Below are positions 1 through 8,451 of a DNA stretch of 64,000 nt, piece by piece. A program made the translations under genes and the position numbers. How positions within the stretch are numbered: the stretch's first letter is position 1; the number at the start of each line of letters is the position of its first letter. The notes beneath the pieces are model-generated. The model was not told the origin of the DNA. It searched no databases and saw nothing but the letters and a program-made list of their open reading frames with translations. This DNA is from an uncultured Chlorobiaceae bacterium (lineage in GTDB: Bacteria > Bacteroidota > Chlorobiia > Chlorobiales > Chlorobiaceae): assembly GCA_903940125.1 (NCBI GenBank), contig CAJAJL010000059.1:58935-122934 (forward strand), in the 5' to 3' direction.

Positions 1-200
1 AGTAAAATATCATGATCAGGGATGTCACTGGGTTCAATAAGATTAATATCTCCATAAGGTTTTTCTCCAAAATTAGCTTCGTACATTTTTTGGGCTGCAG
101 CGTCCCATTCTGATGAAAAAACATTTATACATCCGTGAGCTTCAAACCCTAATCGTATGCCGCCAACTCCTGCAAATAAATCTATTGTTTTAAATGTCAT
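1..200 (-). CDS. C5-cytosine DNA methyltransferase, N-terminal part (runs off the window edge)
   Basis: Manual translation from ATG at 200: MTFKTIDLFAGVGGIRLGFEAHGCINVFSSEWDAAAQKMYEANFGEKPYGDINLIEPSDIPDHDILL. Contains motif I (FAGxGG), motif II (SEWD) and motif III (GDI). Not in the ORF track. Confidence 0.92.
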   Translation of the reverse strand, partial: MTFKTIDLFAGVGGIRLGFEAHGCINVFSSEWDAAAQKMYEANFGEKPYGDINLIEPSDIPDHDIL

Positions 201-369
201 GTTAATTTATTCTCTTATTATATTCAAGTTTCTCTATAGTTAGCGATCAATGGGGGATTGAATTATCAGTAAAAAGAACGTTTTTTTAATGCAGCAATTC
301 TTGACCTCATTGATATAAAGCGAACCCGTGAAAACTGTCTTTTACATTGGTTATATATTTCCGTGGCTA

Positions 370-1710
370 TCAATTAATTTGGATACTTAACATTCCTGGT
401 CTAGACGCGTAGTTGCTTGTTGATGATATTAAATTCATAAGCATTTGCTCTCGTATTCTATAGGTAGGCGTAAAATTACTTGCATTATTTTCTAATACAG
501 TATAAGGGAAGCGTTGATGTACATATAGGTACATTGGTACTTGAGCGTCTTCTAATAAAAGTAAAGGAGATTTCCAAATCGCAGGAGAGGTGTTCTTGCC
601 TTTTTTAGTACTGTTTTCAGGTATTTCTGCCGCAAGAAGGTAAGATATAGGACCTGTATTATTTTGAGCATAGTCGCAAGCAGCACCAATTCTCACAAGC
701 TTTAATTTGCACTCTTTAATCAATTCGCTTTTAATTTTAAACTCGCTTTCAAATAAATTATTCTTTGTTATTCCAAATATATTCTGAAAGTCTACATCAT
801 TGTCCTTGAAAGGACATTCCACTACAGCACCCCAGTCGGTTGGGAGAATCGCCTCAAAGTCCTTATTTGCAATATGAAGCATCCTATTTATCTGTGCTGC
901 ATTATGAAGATTAACGGTTGGTGGTGTCGAATCTGAATGTTTAGTAATGGCTTTTTCCCAGAGTTCTCTCACACTTTTTTCTACTGGTTGATTAATGATT
1001 CGATCATTCAAGATCGGTGCTAAAGCTCTATTTAGTGCTGCTCGTGAATCTGCTTTTATATTGGTAGGGCCAACCGCCTCTCTTGCCAACTTGCTTAGTA
1101 ATCCGTCTATGCTAGGAGAAAAAGAGGTGGAGTTTTTATTTTCGAGAGGTATCAAGGACATTAATGATACCAGGGTGTCCCCAGCAGCTTTTAAAACATC
1201 CAGCTCCCAGTTAACCAATGCTGCGAGTTGGGGGTTGGTCGTTATAGCTTCATTTACAGCGTTTTTTAGAGCCTCCGTATTTGTTGGAATCCCATTGTCT
1301 ACATCAATAAAACTTGTCTTGTCAAGGCTTAGGACAGTCAATGGGTGTGTATAGGGCTTTTTTTTATCTAGATTATCATCTAGGTATTTATGTAGATCGT
1401 TGGCGTGTTGTGGGTGTTCAGTCCAAATTATCAGAATAAATGGTCCCCCATTTTCATGAATATTCTCTTCGAGAATATTAGCAATTAACGCAAAGTGGCG
1501 TTTTTCATCAGTACTAACCTGACCATCGATTAGGTGGAGGTCAATGAATAAGCATCGAACACCTCTAAACAAATTTGCATCAGGATCGTTTTCCTGGTTA
1601 TAATGCAATCCGACACAAGATGTGCCTAGCTGTTGAAAGGTATTCATAATAGCTCTTAAATGATCCTCTTTGTCATCAATAACAATGTAGCGTGGTGCTA
1701 TAAAAATCAT
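370..1710 (-). CDS. Receiver (response-regulator-like) domain protein with a long C-terminal domain of unknown function
   Basis: N-terminus has the acidic pocket (VIDD), a candidate phospho-Asp (LFIDLHL), the conserved T (IIWT) and a K (LDK). Start overlaps the upstream kinase stop (ATGA). Confidence 0.75.
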   Translation of the reverse strand: MIFIAPRYIVIDDKEDHLRAIMNTFQQLGTSCVGLHYNQENDPDANLFRGVRCLFIDLHLIDGQVSTDEKRHFALIANILEENIHENGGPFILIIWTEHPQHANDLHKYLDDNLDKKKPYTHPLTVLSLDKTSFIDVDNGIPTNTEALKNAVNEAITTNPQLAALVNWELDVLKAAGDTLVSLMSLIPLENKNSTSFSPSIDGLLSKLAREAVGPTNIKADSRAALNRALAPILNDRIINQPVEKSVRELWEKAITKHSDSTPPTVNLHNAAQINRMLHIANKDFEAILPTDWGAVVECPFKDNDVDFQNIFGITKNNLFESEFKIKSELIKECKLKLVRIGAACDYAQNNTGPISYLLAAEIPENSTKKGKNTSPAIWKSPLLLLEDAQVPMYLYVHQRFPYTVLENNASNFTPTYRIREQMLMNLISSTSNYASRPGMLSIQIN

Positions 1711-3869
1711 TCTTTCCCCCCCTTGTTAAAGATCAATGCCAAAACAGCCCCATCAAAGCCGGGCGGCACTTTTGCTTCATCGGCATCCGGGAATCCCAAC
1801 CGGCCATTGCTTAATTCCATAACTAAATTTGTATAGTATAGACCAATACCCATACCATCAGGTCGCCGGCTGAAGAATGGTCTGGTGATTCTGTCTGGGT
1901 TATCCTGGAAACCGGGCCCATTATCAGCAATGATTATTGCCGGTCCTTCAGCAAAGTCAGGTTCAATATTTAGGTATATTTGCCTTGGTGAGTCTAATTT
2001 GTTGGGCCATCGAACCTGTAGCCAATAGAAAGCATTGTCTAAGATATTATTCAGAGCTCCCAACATAAGCCCAAACGCAAAATTTTGGTTTATATCAGGG
2101 ACGTTTTCCTCTAGGGCAGGGCAAAGTAGTTTGACTTCATGGTTGCGGAAACGAACCCTGTTAATATCCCGCGCTCGTTTAAGTAGTTGTTTAAGGCTAT
2201 TTTCTTTCTGTTCGCCCTTGCGTAGTAGCTCGGTAAATCCATCAAGTACGCGGATTAATTCTTTTGCCTGAATCTGAACAAGCTCCATACTACCTCCAGC
2301 CACAATTGCATCATGTAATACTCGTACACCATGTTCTATCTCGTGGAAAACTATTGCCAGCCCCATTCCGGAAAGACCCGCCCGTAGCATAGTATCTCGC
2401 ATCTCGGTGTAGTTTCTTTCAACTTTGTCAATCAGTGGATCCAGTTCTTTTGAGATTTTATGTTTAGCTGCAACTTGACGCAAGGTCTGGAGTGGTTTGC
2501 TGATTTTCTCAACCTCTGGATCATGTCCTTTATCAGTAAGTTTTCGGATATTATCTTTATCGATTTTGCGTTCTATTTCTAAAATAGAAAGTGCTCCAAG
2601 CACGATTTCACGAAATCGAGTATAGGCATCATTTTCAACAAAGCCTTCTCTATTGGTTTTTTCTTTTAACTTAGAGCTTTCTTCAAGCTTTAGATCTACA
2701 GCTCCAAATATTATATTGCGGCTCACATTTCTCGTTGGGGTATTTACTCGGCGTAAATCAAGCCCAAGCCAATCATCTCCACGCTCACCGTAGTTATATA
2801 CTCGGATATAATCCCTGTATACTCGGACACCTCCGTTTTCATCCAATACATTCTCTACAAGTTGACTGTTTCCAAATTGGCTCAGAATGGTCCTATCCCT
2901 ATCAAATACATAAAACTCGCCGGTTATTAATCCTATACCTTCTGCATGAGCAGAGTCTGCAATAATTTTTTTGGATTTATTGCTTTTCCCTCGATCCGTA
3001 CCAAACTCATCTATGTCACGCTCAGGTGCGATCAATAGAGATTGAGAGTCTTTGCTTAGGTAACGAGGTGATAGTTTTATGCCCGAAATGCCTCTAAACT
3101 CATATGTCCAATCAAACTTTCCATTCTCATATGAAAACTTGAAATACCATGGGGCTCGCTGAAGAAGAATACTAATATCAGGTATATCTGAAATCCAATC
3201 AGGATGCTCAGGGACGTGCAATGTGGCTTCAAATCGGTCAGAGCGGTTTTCAAAAGGTGAGGCTATGGAGGTGATCTGCCGCTGAAGTCTGCGAATTTCA
3301 CTACGGGTCAAATTCACTTCTCGTAAGCTTGAAATTCTTAGTTTTGTTCCGGTTGTATTTCCAATAAAAACTTGTGGTGTTCTTTCTTCAATATTTACCT
3401 CAGCTTCTGATAAAAACTCTTTATCAATTAATTCAGCCCAATTAATGAACAATACGCATTCCAAACTATTCTCAGCCCTTGTAACCAGTTCTATTTTATC
3501 TCCAAGCTTATGTACTGCGAAGCGCCCTACTCCTTTTTCACCAAGTGGTAAGCGATGCAATAATGTTCGTCTCAGTTCTTTTTTTTGGAGTTCCCGGTGG
3601 TCATGTGCTGGTACAAGCCATATATCTTTAATTGTGTCGAGCGTCATGCCCACGCCATTATCTTCAACCAAGATTGATGGGCTATTAGTATCAATGCCTT
3701 CCAGTGTTACTTTCACCTTTTCAGCATCAGCATCGTAAGCGTTTTTTACAAGTTCAAAGATTGCCAATCGAGGACTACTGATGAGTTGATCTCCAAGTAA
3801 CTGAAGCAATCGTGCCCTTGGTCGGAATGGTAAAGTAAGTTTGTTGATTTTTTGCATTTTTGATGCCAA
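1707..3869 (-). CDS. MORC-like GHKL ATPase fused to a C-terminal histidine kinase
   Basis: N-terminal GHKL motifs ELVKNAYDA, EDNGVGM, GEKGVGRFA, GTKL. C-terminal H-box (VFHEI), N-box (NILDNA), G1 (DNGPGF) and F/G2 (FFSRRPDGMGIGL). Confidence 0.85.
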   Translation of the reverse strand: MASKMQKINKLTLPFRPRARLLQLLGDQLISSPRLAIFELVKNAYDADAEKVKVTLEGIDTNSPSILVEDNGVGMTLDTIKDIWLVPAHDHRELQKKELRRTLLHRLPLGEKGVGRFAVHKLGDKIELVTRAENSLECVLFINWAELIDKEFLSEAEVNIEERTPQVFIGNTTGTKLRISSLREVNLTRSEIRRLQRQITSIASPFENRSDRFEATLHVPEHPDWISDIPDISILLQRAPWYFKFSYENGKFDWTYEFRGISGIKLSPRYLSKDSQSLLIAPERDIDEFGTDRGKSNKSKKIIADSAHAEGIGLITGEFYVFDRDRTILSQFGNSQLVENVLDENGGVRVYRDYIRVYNYGERGDDWLGLDLRRVNTPTRNVSRNIIFGAVDLKLEESSKLKEKTNREGFVENDAYTRFREIVLGALSILEIERKIDKDNIRKLTDKGHDPEVEKISKPLQTLRQVAAKHKISKELDPLIDKVERNYTEMRDTMLRAGLSGMGLAIVFHEIEHGVRVLHDAIVAGGSMELVQIQAKELIRVLDGFTELLRKGEQKENSLKQLLKRARDINRVRFRNHEVKLLCPALEENVPDINQNFAFGLMLGALNNILDNAFYWLQVRWPNKLDSPRQIYLNIEPDFAEGPAIIIADNGPGFQDNPDRITRPFFSRRPDGMGIGLYYTNLVMELSNGRLGFPDADEAKVPPGFDGAVLALIFNKGGKE

Positions 3870-3929
3870 ATTTAGGGAAATATCAATTTGTATGTTAAAA
3901 TCTTTGTCTTACCTGGAGCAGAGAATATT

Positions 3930-5102
3930 TTAGTATTTGTTGTTTAACCAATGTGTTATCTGATCAAGATTGCCAAAATTTTTGATTAGCAACAATGCAA
4001 TATCGGCTGCACTTAAAATAACAATGGGGTGCTCATCTTTTTTTAGCTCTTTATAGGCCTGTGTAGATACATAAGATGTTGTAACGAGGACACCAAATAG
4101 CCTGTGTCGGAGTCGAGATATGAGTCGAGCTACCTCCTTGACACCAACGCCATTGTTAATTGCATAACATTTTACTTCCATTGCAAAGTCAACATCTATG
4201 CCACCTGGGCCTTGACAGATTTTATATTTGCCTGTGGCGTCTCTTCCTCCATCTCGCCACGGTTTTGTAATTTCAATGCTATGAACATTGGGCATGGCGT
4301 AGGTCAAAATATCGGCAGCAATGGGCTCAAATCCAGTAGGGTTTAATTTGTATGTGTTGTAAATCAGTTCAATTACAGTTCTTTCTTCCTTTGTGAGATC
4401 AGTTTGTTGCTTTGGCGATCGAATCTTTATAGATGATTCAGTTAGTAGAGGGGTGTATTTTCGATTCTGAACCCACTTAAGCCAAATGCTTGGAGCATGA
4501 ATGGATTTAACTGAATTTCCAATTAAAGCATCATGAATCCATTGTCTCTTGATCACAGGAGCATCAAGGATCGTAAATACGGATCTATAGTTTTGGAAGC
4601 GAATTCCTTCAGTATTCATTCTCCAGACAGCTGTAAGATCTTCATCACTACTCATTCCTTTAGCACTAGGCACAGCAATGCCAAGGAAGCGTGTGTCACG
4701 GTAAGATCCAGTCTTACCAAAAAGCAAAATAATCGGAAAGTTATCTATTGTTTGACTTTTTTGATGGGCAAAATCAAACAAATTTCTTAAAATATTATTG
4801 CAATCTCTTTTAGTATCATGTAAATCACTTGGTTCTCTTTTATCGCCATAATATATGAACAAGCCATTTTCTTTGTCGAGATGATCCGGCCAGTTTTGGT
4901 CAGAGAACCCTGTTTGTAGAACGAGAATTTTAAGTGATTCGACTTCGGTTCTAGGTGATCCTAGGCACCGAAATCCTGCCCCATTATCTACGTTCAGAAG
5001 TTTAGGCAGAGGATCGTCGGAGTAATTTCCATTCCTTGACCCTCCGTATACGCAGTCAACATGCAAATCCTGTTCTGAAAGATTGTCTTTGATTATATTC
5101 AC
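3930..5102 (-). CDS. AspBHI/MspJI-like modification-dependent restriction endonuclease (SRA-like N-domain plus Mrr-type catalytic domain)
   Basis: N-terminal motifs DCVYGG, DDPLPKLL, WPDHLD, YYGD, FQNYR; C-terminal DGGRDA...MEVKCY (D..ExK). Start moved from 5174 to GTG at 5102, which overlaps the MTase TGA and gives 390 aa. Confidence 0.82.
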   Translation of the reverse strand: MNIIKDNLSEQDLHVDCVYGGSRNGNYSDDPLPKLLNVDNGAGFRCLGSPRTEVESLKILVLQTGFSDQNWPDHLDKENGLFIYYGDKREPSDLHDTKRDCNNILRNLFDFAHQKSQTIDNFPIILLFGKTGSYRDTRFLGIAVPSAKGMSSDEDLTAVWRMNTEGIRFQNYRSVFTILDAPVIKRQWIHDALIGNSVKSIHAPSIWLKWVQNRKYTPLLTESSIKIRSPKQQTDLTKEERTVIELIYNTYKLNPTGFEPIAADILTYAMPNVHSIEITKPWRDGGRDATGKYKICQGPGGIDVDFAMEVKCYAINNGVGVKEVARLISRLRHRLFGVLVTTSYVSTQAYKELKKDEHPIVILSAADIALLLIKNFGNLDQITHWLNNKY

Positions 5103-6082
5103 GATACCATTTGAAGCTCTAACTCCATTATTTGATTTATCTTCGCAAAGATAACTTCCATCACTGGTGAGCAAACACCATTACCACAAAGTTTCACTTT
5201 GTCTCTGCGGGTGCCAATTGGCAGCAAGTGATTGCAACCTGTACCCATTGCTTTCATTAGCTCGGATGGTTGTAACATTCTAAGGTTAGGTCGATTATCA
5301 AGCCAAGTCACAAGACCGAATCTGTCAAGTGTTGTAACTGTTCTGAGGGGGTCCTCAAGCCTTTGCCAACCGCCCGCGTAATCTGACCCATAATAGACTA
5401 TCAAGAAATCTTTATTAGGCCCCAGTTCAGCTATAGCCCTCTCTGCTCGTTGAATAGTTGCCTTGGCTCTGGTTTCAGCATAGAGTGGGTTGGATTTGTA
5501 TTGTTTGGTCTGGTCAATGATTGAACTCGCACTAAGGCGTTGGTTGTCGCGAAGGGAGTAAAAATCGGCTTCTGTTATTCTGGTTTGTAGCCTATCGCAT
5601 ATCAGAAACATACGCTTTCTTGCTTGTGGGGTACCAAAATCTGCAGCATTAAGTAGTAAGGGATTAACTTTATAGCCTGCAGATTCAATCCCTTTTATCA
5701 GGTCGCTGTGTCTATTCCATTGTTTCATCCTTGGCACATTTTCTACTATAACCCACCTTGGGGACATTGCGAAAATCCAAGGAATGATGCCTAAAGCAGA
5801 TGCTTTACTTGTTTCGCAGCCGGGTCTTGAGCCTCTCGCTATAGAATGAGATGTACATTCGGGCGAAGTTAATAAAACGTCTGGCTGATACTTTAGAGCC
5901 AAACTATACGGATCAACTACTTCTATTTTAGCGTTTATGACTTCTGTATTTGGAAAATTGGCCTTATAGGTTTCTGTTGCTATATCCCAAGCATCAACAG
6001 CCAGTAAAGGTGATGCTCCCGCGTTCACGGCACCTCGAGCACCAAATCCTCCGCCACAGAAGAGGTCAACAAATTTTAACAT
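5099..6082 (-). CDS. C5-cytosine DNA methyltransferase
   Basis: Motif I (LFCGGG), IV (SPECT), VI (ENV), VIII (QARKR), IX (RMLQPSE), X (GNGV). Confidence 0.9.
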   Translation of the reverse strand: MLKFVDLFCGGGFGARGAVNAGASPLLAVDAWDIATETYKANFPNTEVINAKIEVVDPYSLALKYQPDVLLTSPECTSHSIARGSRPGCETSKASALGIIPWIFAMSPRWVIVENVPRMKQWNRHSDLIKGIESAGYKVNPLLLNAADFGTPQARKRMFLICDRLQTRITEADFYSLRDNQRLSASSIIDQTKQYKSNPLYAETRAKATIQRAERAIAELGPNKDFLIVYYGSDYAGGWQRLEDPLRTVTTLDRFGLVTWLDNRPNLRMLQPSELMKAMGTGCNHLLPIGTRRDKVKLCGNGVCSPVMEVIFAKINQIMELELQMVS

Positions 6083-6577
6083 AGGTACAATTTGTAAAGC
6101 GCATAACTTGGTTGATTCTCAATAGAGTGACTGCTTAGTGAGTAGTTTTACTAATTTCACTATACGGATCGGTGTATTTAAATCGTATTAATCGCGGCAC
6201 GATCAGGAGAAAGGCAAACTGTTTTATTCAAAATATGATCCAATACTTATACGACTATAACACTATAGGAATCCATAAGATGTGACCAAAAAACATTTTA
6301 ATGCTGCTTTTTTGTTTGTGCGACCGCCATATGCTCGAATATAGCTATTACATTCTTTTTAATGTCTTTATTTTGAAAAGCCCTGTTAATTTGCTTTGGT
6401 CTACTATTCCTTACAGCGTATAACCGTGCCTGTTATGTGAAGGGTCATTCTCGTATAAAAAGCTGATACACTATGAAATATTCGCGCCATTGACCGTTAC
6501 AAACAAACACGTTATCATGCAATAATTCCTTTTATTGATCACTCGCACAAAAGACTACAGAACACAGTTTTGTTTCA

Positions 6578-7021
6578 TCATGTCTCCTCGATAAATGGCT
6601 CATTGCCGCGAAGCCATATTGCAAAACGCTTGGTGATATCTCCAATATCTCTACTATTGTGTGACATAGCGCATTCCCATACGATTCCTACCCGCCATCC
6701 GCTTTCGAGCAAGGCTTGCGTCACTTTTTTGTCATTGTTTCGATTTCGATTAATTTTCTCTTTCCAGTAGTCAACCCGAGTTTTGGGACTTTTGAAAAGT
6801 AGGCAGTTGTGTCCATGCCAAAAGCATCCGTGTACAAATATTACTGCACGATATTTTGGTAAAACTATATCAGGCTTGCCAGGGAGGTCTTTTCTATGAA
6901 TCCGGAATCGGAAGCCTGCAGAGTGCAAAGCTTTTCTCATCAAGAGCTCTGGTTTTGTATTCTTGCCATGAATGCTTGCCATGATCCGACTTCGTGTTTC
7001 CGTACTTACGGTATCTACCAT
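6578..7021 (-). CDS. vsr: Very short patch repair endonuclease
   Basis: MVDTVSTETRSRIMASIHGKNTKPE, LPGKPDIV, FVHGCFWHGH, GWRVGIVWEC. Start reassigned to ATG at 7021. Confidence 0.93.
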   Translation of the reverse strand: MVDTVSTETRSRIMASIHGKNTKPELLMRKALHSAGFRFRIHRKDLPGKPDIVLPKYRAVIFVHGCFWHGHNCLLFKSPKTRVDYWKEKINRNRNNDKKVTQALLESGWRVGIVWECAMSHNSRDIGDITKRFAIWLRGNEPFIEET

Positions 7022-7202
7022 TTTTGAGGTTTGATGTCGTTTAGCTTCAAGTTTATTGGAATAAATGATTTGATTAGACTTAAGCGGTTTAATGCAGCTT
7101 ATACAATGAATCATTTACTGAAGCAAAATGAATAGAATATGAAAATTCCTTATCTTATTTTAAAAATTATAGCTATCAAAAAACTGTATGTAAGCACGGG
7201 GC

Positions 7203-7505
7203 ATGTTTATGCGGCAAGATTATAAACAGTGGCTAATCGATAAGCAGTATTCAGCCAATACGCGTATTACTCAGATGCACAGAGTAAAGAAGGTGGAAGA
7301 GGCCTATGGGAATCTTGATGAGCATTTTGCTAATGGAACTTATCAAGACGTATTAAATGCCTTGCTATATACCGCTGATGATGAAAAAGCTAACAAGCCA
7401 AATTCCTCAAAAATACAATTTCATGGGAATGTTAGGAATAATCTTCAATCTTACAAGTATGCTGCGGCACGTTATGTCTCTTTCCTTAAAAAGAAGAGGA
7501 TATAG
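7203..7505 (+). CDS. Hypothetical protein resembling the stand-alone N-terminal domain of NucS/DUF91-type endonuclease proteins
   Basis: 100-aa ORF. The pattern YKQWL...HRV.KVEEAYGNLDEHF...NPS/SSKIQF.GNVRNNLQSYK.A..RY is recalled from such proteins (recall only, not searched). Confidence 0.45.
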   Translation: MFMRQDYKQWLIDKQYSANTRITQMHRVKKVEEAYGNLDEHFANGTYQDVLNALLYTADDEKANKPNSSKIQFHGNVRNNLQSYKYAAARYVSFLKKKRI

Positions 7506-7513
7506 CTATCAAG

Positions 7514-7760
7514 TTACAGTAATTGATTAAATAGTATTCTATAGATAAGAACAAGCAAAGTTACTGAACTCAATCCCCCCCCCATACCCACCATCTCCAG
7601 TGCAAACTCATACTCCTTCCCAAACGGCAGCAGCAGCTGCTCCAAGTACTCAGGGAATACCTTTAGCCAGCTCACATAGTAGTAAGCCAGCACCTGATAG
7701 CCGCTGAAGCTTTTGCCAGCAATAAGCGGCACGCTGTAGCCTTCTTTATTCGGGCTCAGG
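7514..7760 (-). pseudogene. C-terminal remnant of a Bacteroidota/Chlorobiota TPR-type protein
   Basis: Reads NLSPNKEGYSVPLIAGKSFSGYQVLAYYYVSWLKVFPEYLEQLLLPFGKEYEFA with no proper start and abuts a vsr fragment. Family recognised from memory. Confidence 0.45.
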
Positions 7761-7875
7761 TTTTATATTCTTGCCATAATCCGGTTTCGTGTTTCAGGGC
7801 TTACTGTATCTACCATATTGTGTGTTGTATGTCGTTGAATATTAAAATTATTGCAATAATTGGTGTGGATGCACT
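7757..7875 (-). pseudogene. Degenerate second copy of the vsr 5' end and its upstream region
   Basis: ATG at 7816 gives MVDTVSPETRNRIMARI* versus MVDTVSTETRSRIMASIH at 7021. The upstream DNA is also alignable (atgtcgtt...ttattg.aataa...acttaa). Confidence 0.8.
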
Positions 7876-7975
7876 TAAATTAACAAGCAATAATCTCCGC
7901 ATCGAAATGATCTTAGGTTCGGCCAACACTCTAAGTGACATCAAGGCACTTATATAAAATTTAGCAAATATATCA

Positions 7976-8428
7976 TTGAGACTATCCAGAATACATTCCG
8001 GCCCCGTGCTGGATTTCTACACCCCGGACTTTACAACGCAGCTTGAGCTGCCGCTTGCCGCCGGTGCCATCTCCGCAGGCTTCCCATCTCCCGCCGAAGA
8101 GTACATCGAGCTTGCCATAGACCTGAACAAAGAGCTGATCAAGCACCCGGCCGCCACCTTCTACGCCAGAGTAAAAGGCAGCTCAATGATTGATGCCGGC
8201 ATTGCTGATGGCGACCTGCTCATCATTGACAAGGCGCTTGAGCCGAAAGACGGGGATATTGCTGTCTGCTTCATTGACGGAGAGTTCACGCTGAAGCGCC
8301 TGGCTTTGAAAGAGGACGGCCTCTACCTCATGCCTGCCAATGCCGAATTCAAGCCGATCAGGATCACCGAAGAGAATGATTTCCTCGTCTGGGGAATGCT
8401 TGCCTATATTGTCCACAAGCCGAGATAA
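7976..8428 (+). CDS. umuD: UmuD-like S24 autopeptidase (Pol V accessory subunit)
   Basis: Cleavage site SAGFPSPA, catalytic Ser (GSSM) and Lys (FTLKR); directly upstream of umuC. Confidence 0.92.
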   Translation: MRLSRIHSGPVLDFYTPDFTTQLELPLAAGAISAGFPSPAEEYIELAIDLNKELIKHPAATFYARVKGSSMIDAGIADGDLLIIDKALEPKDGDIAVCFIDGEFTLKRLALKEDGLYLMPANAEFKPIRITEENDFLVWGMLAYIVHKPR

Positions 8429-8451
8429 CTCCGCATCCGGAGGCTTTTCAA

